Shown one piece after another: positions 63,997 to 64,000 of a DNA stretch of 64,000 nucleotides; positions within the stretch are counted from its first letter, which is position 1, and the number at the start of each line of letters is the position of its first letter. The notes below the pieces were generated by a model. That model saw only the letters and a list, made by a program, of their open reading frames with translations, was not told where the DNA came from and made no database searches. Origin of the DNA: Geosiphon pyriformis uo1 (taxonomy: Eukaryota > Fungi > Glomeromycota); contig JAAOMT010000718.1 in the NCBI GenBank assembly GCA_016748015.1, positions 648,586 to 712,585 on the forward strand, read 5' to 3'. The position numbers and the translations under genes were made by a program.

Positions 63997-64000
63997 ATGT

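Overview
Intron-rich, low-GC fungal genomic DNA. Gene content and transposon proteins suggest Glomeromycotina/Mucoromycota, reminiscent of Geosiphon-type genomes; this is an inference and was not verified by search. The window alternates between two compartments. The first is gene islands with ordinary CpG content carrying about 14 genes: MRH4-like DEAD-box helicase, a divergent PP2C, DUF726/TMCO4, PTC1, GPI18, enolase, AFG1, RSM18, RAD54, ATG9, CDC25-type RasGEF, LITAF, a MetR/Zip1-like bZIP and a CLYBL-like lyase. The second is transposon blocks (1-15850, 25930-28800, ~57800-58450, ~62400-64000). Several of the extremely AT-rich stretches align by eye to readable transposons in the same window, and differ from them mostly by C>T/G>A changes in all dinucleotide contexts. 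At 63190-63213 versus 10768-10791, 10 of 11 G/C are converted with no transversion. This points to a RIP-like, near-total cytosine erasure of repeats. The same blocks hold an ORF1-only (HAL1-like) retroelement family whose structured 3' tail is shared with autonomous LINEs. They also hold a four-level nested insertion series in which mutation load tracks insertion age, and two solo-LTR families with 4-bp TSDs.
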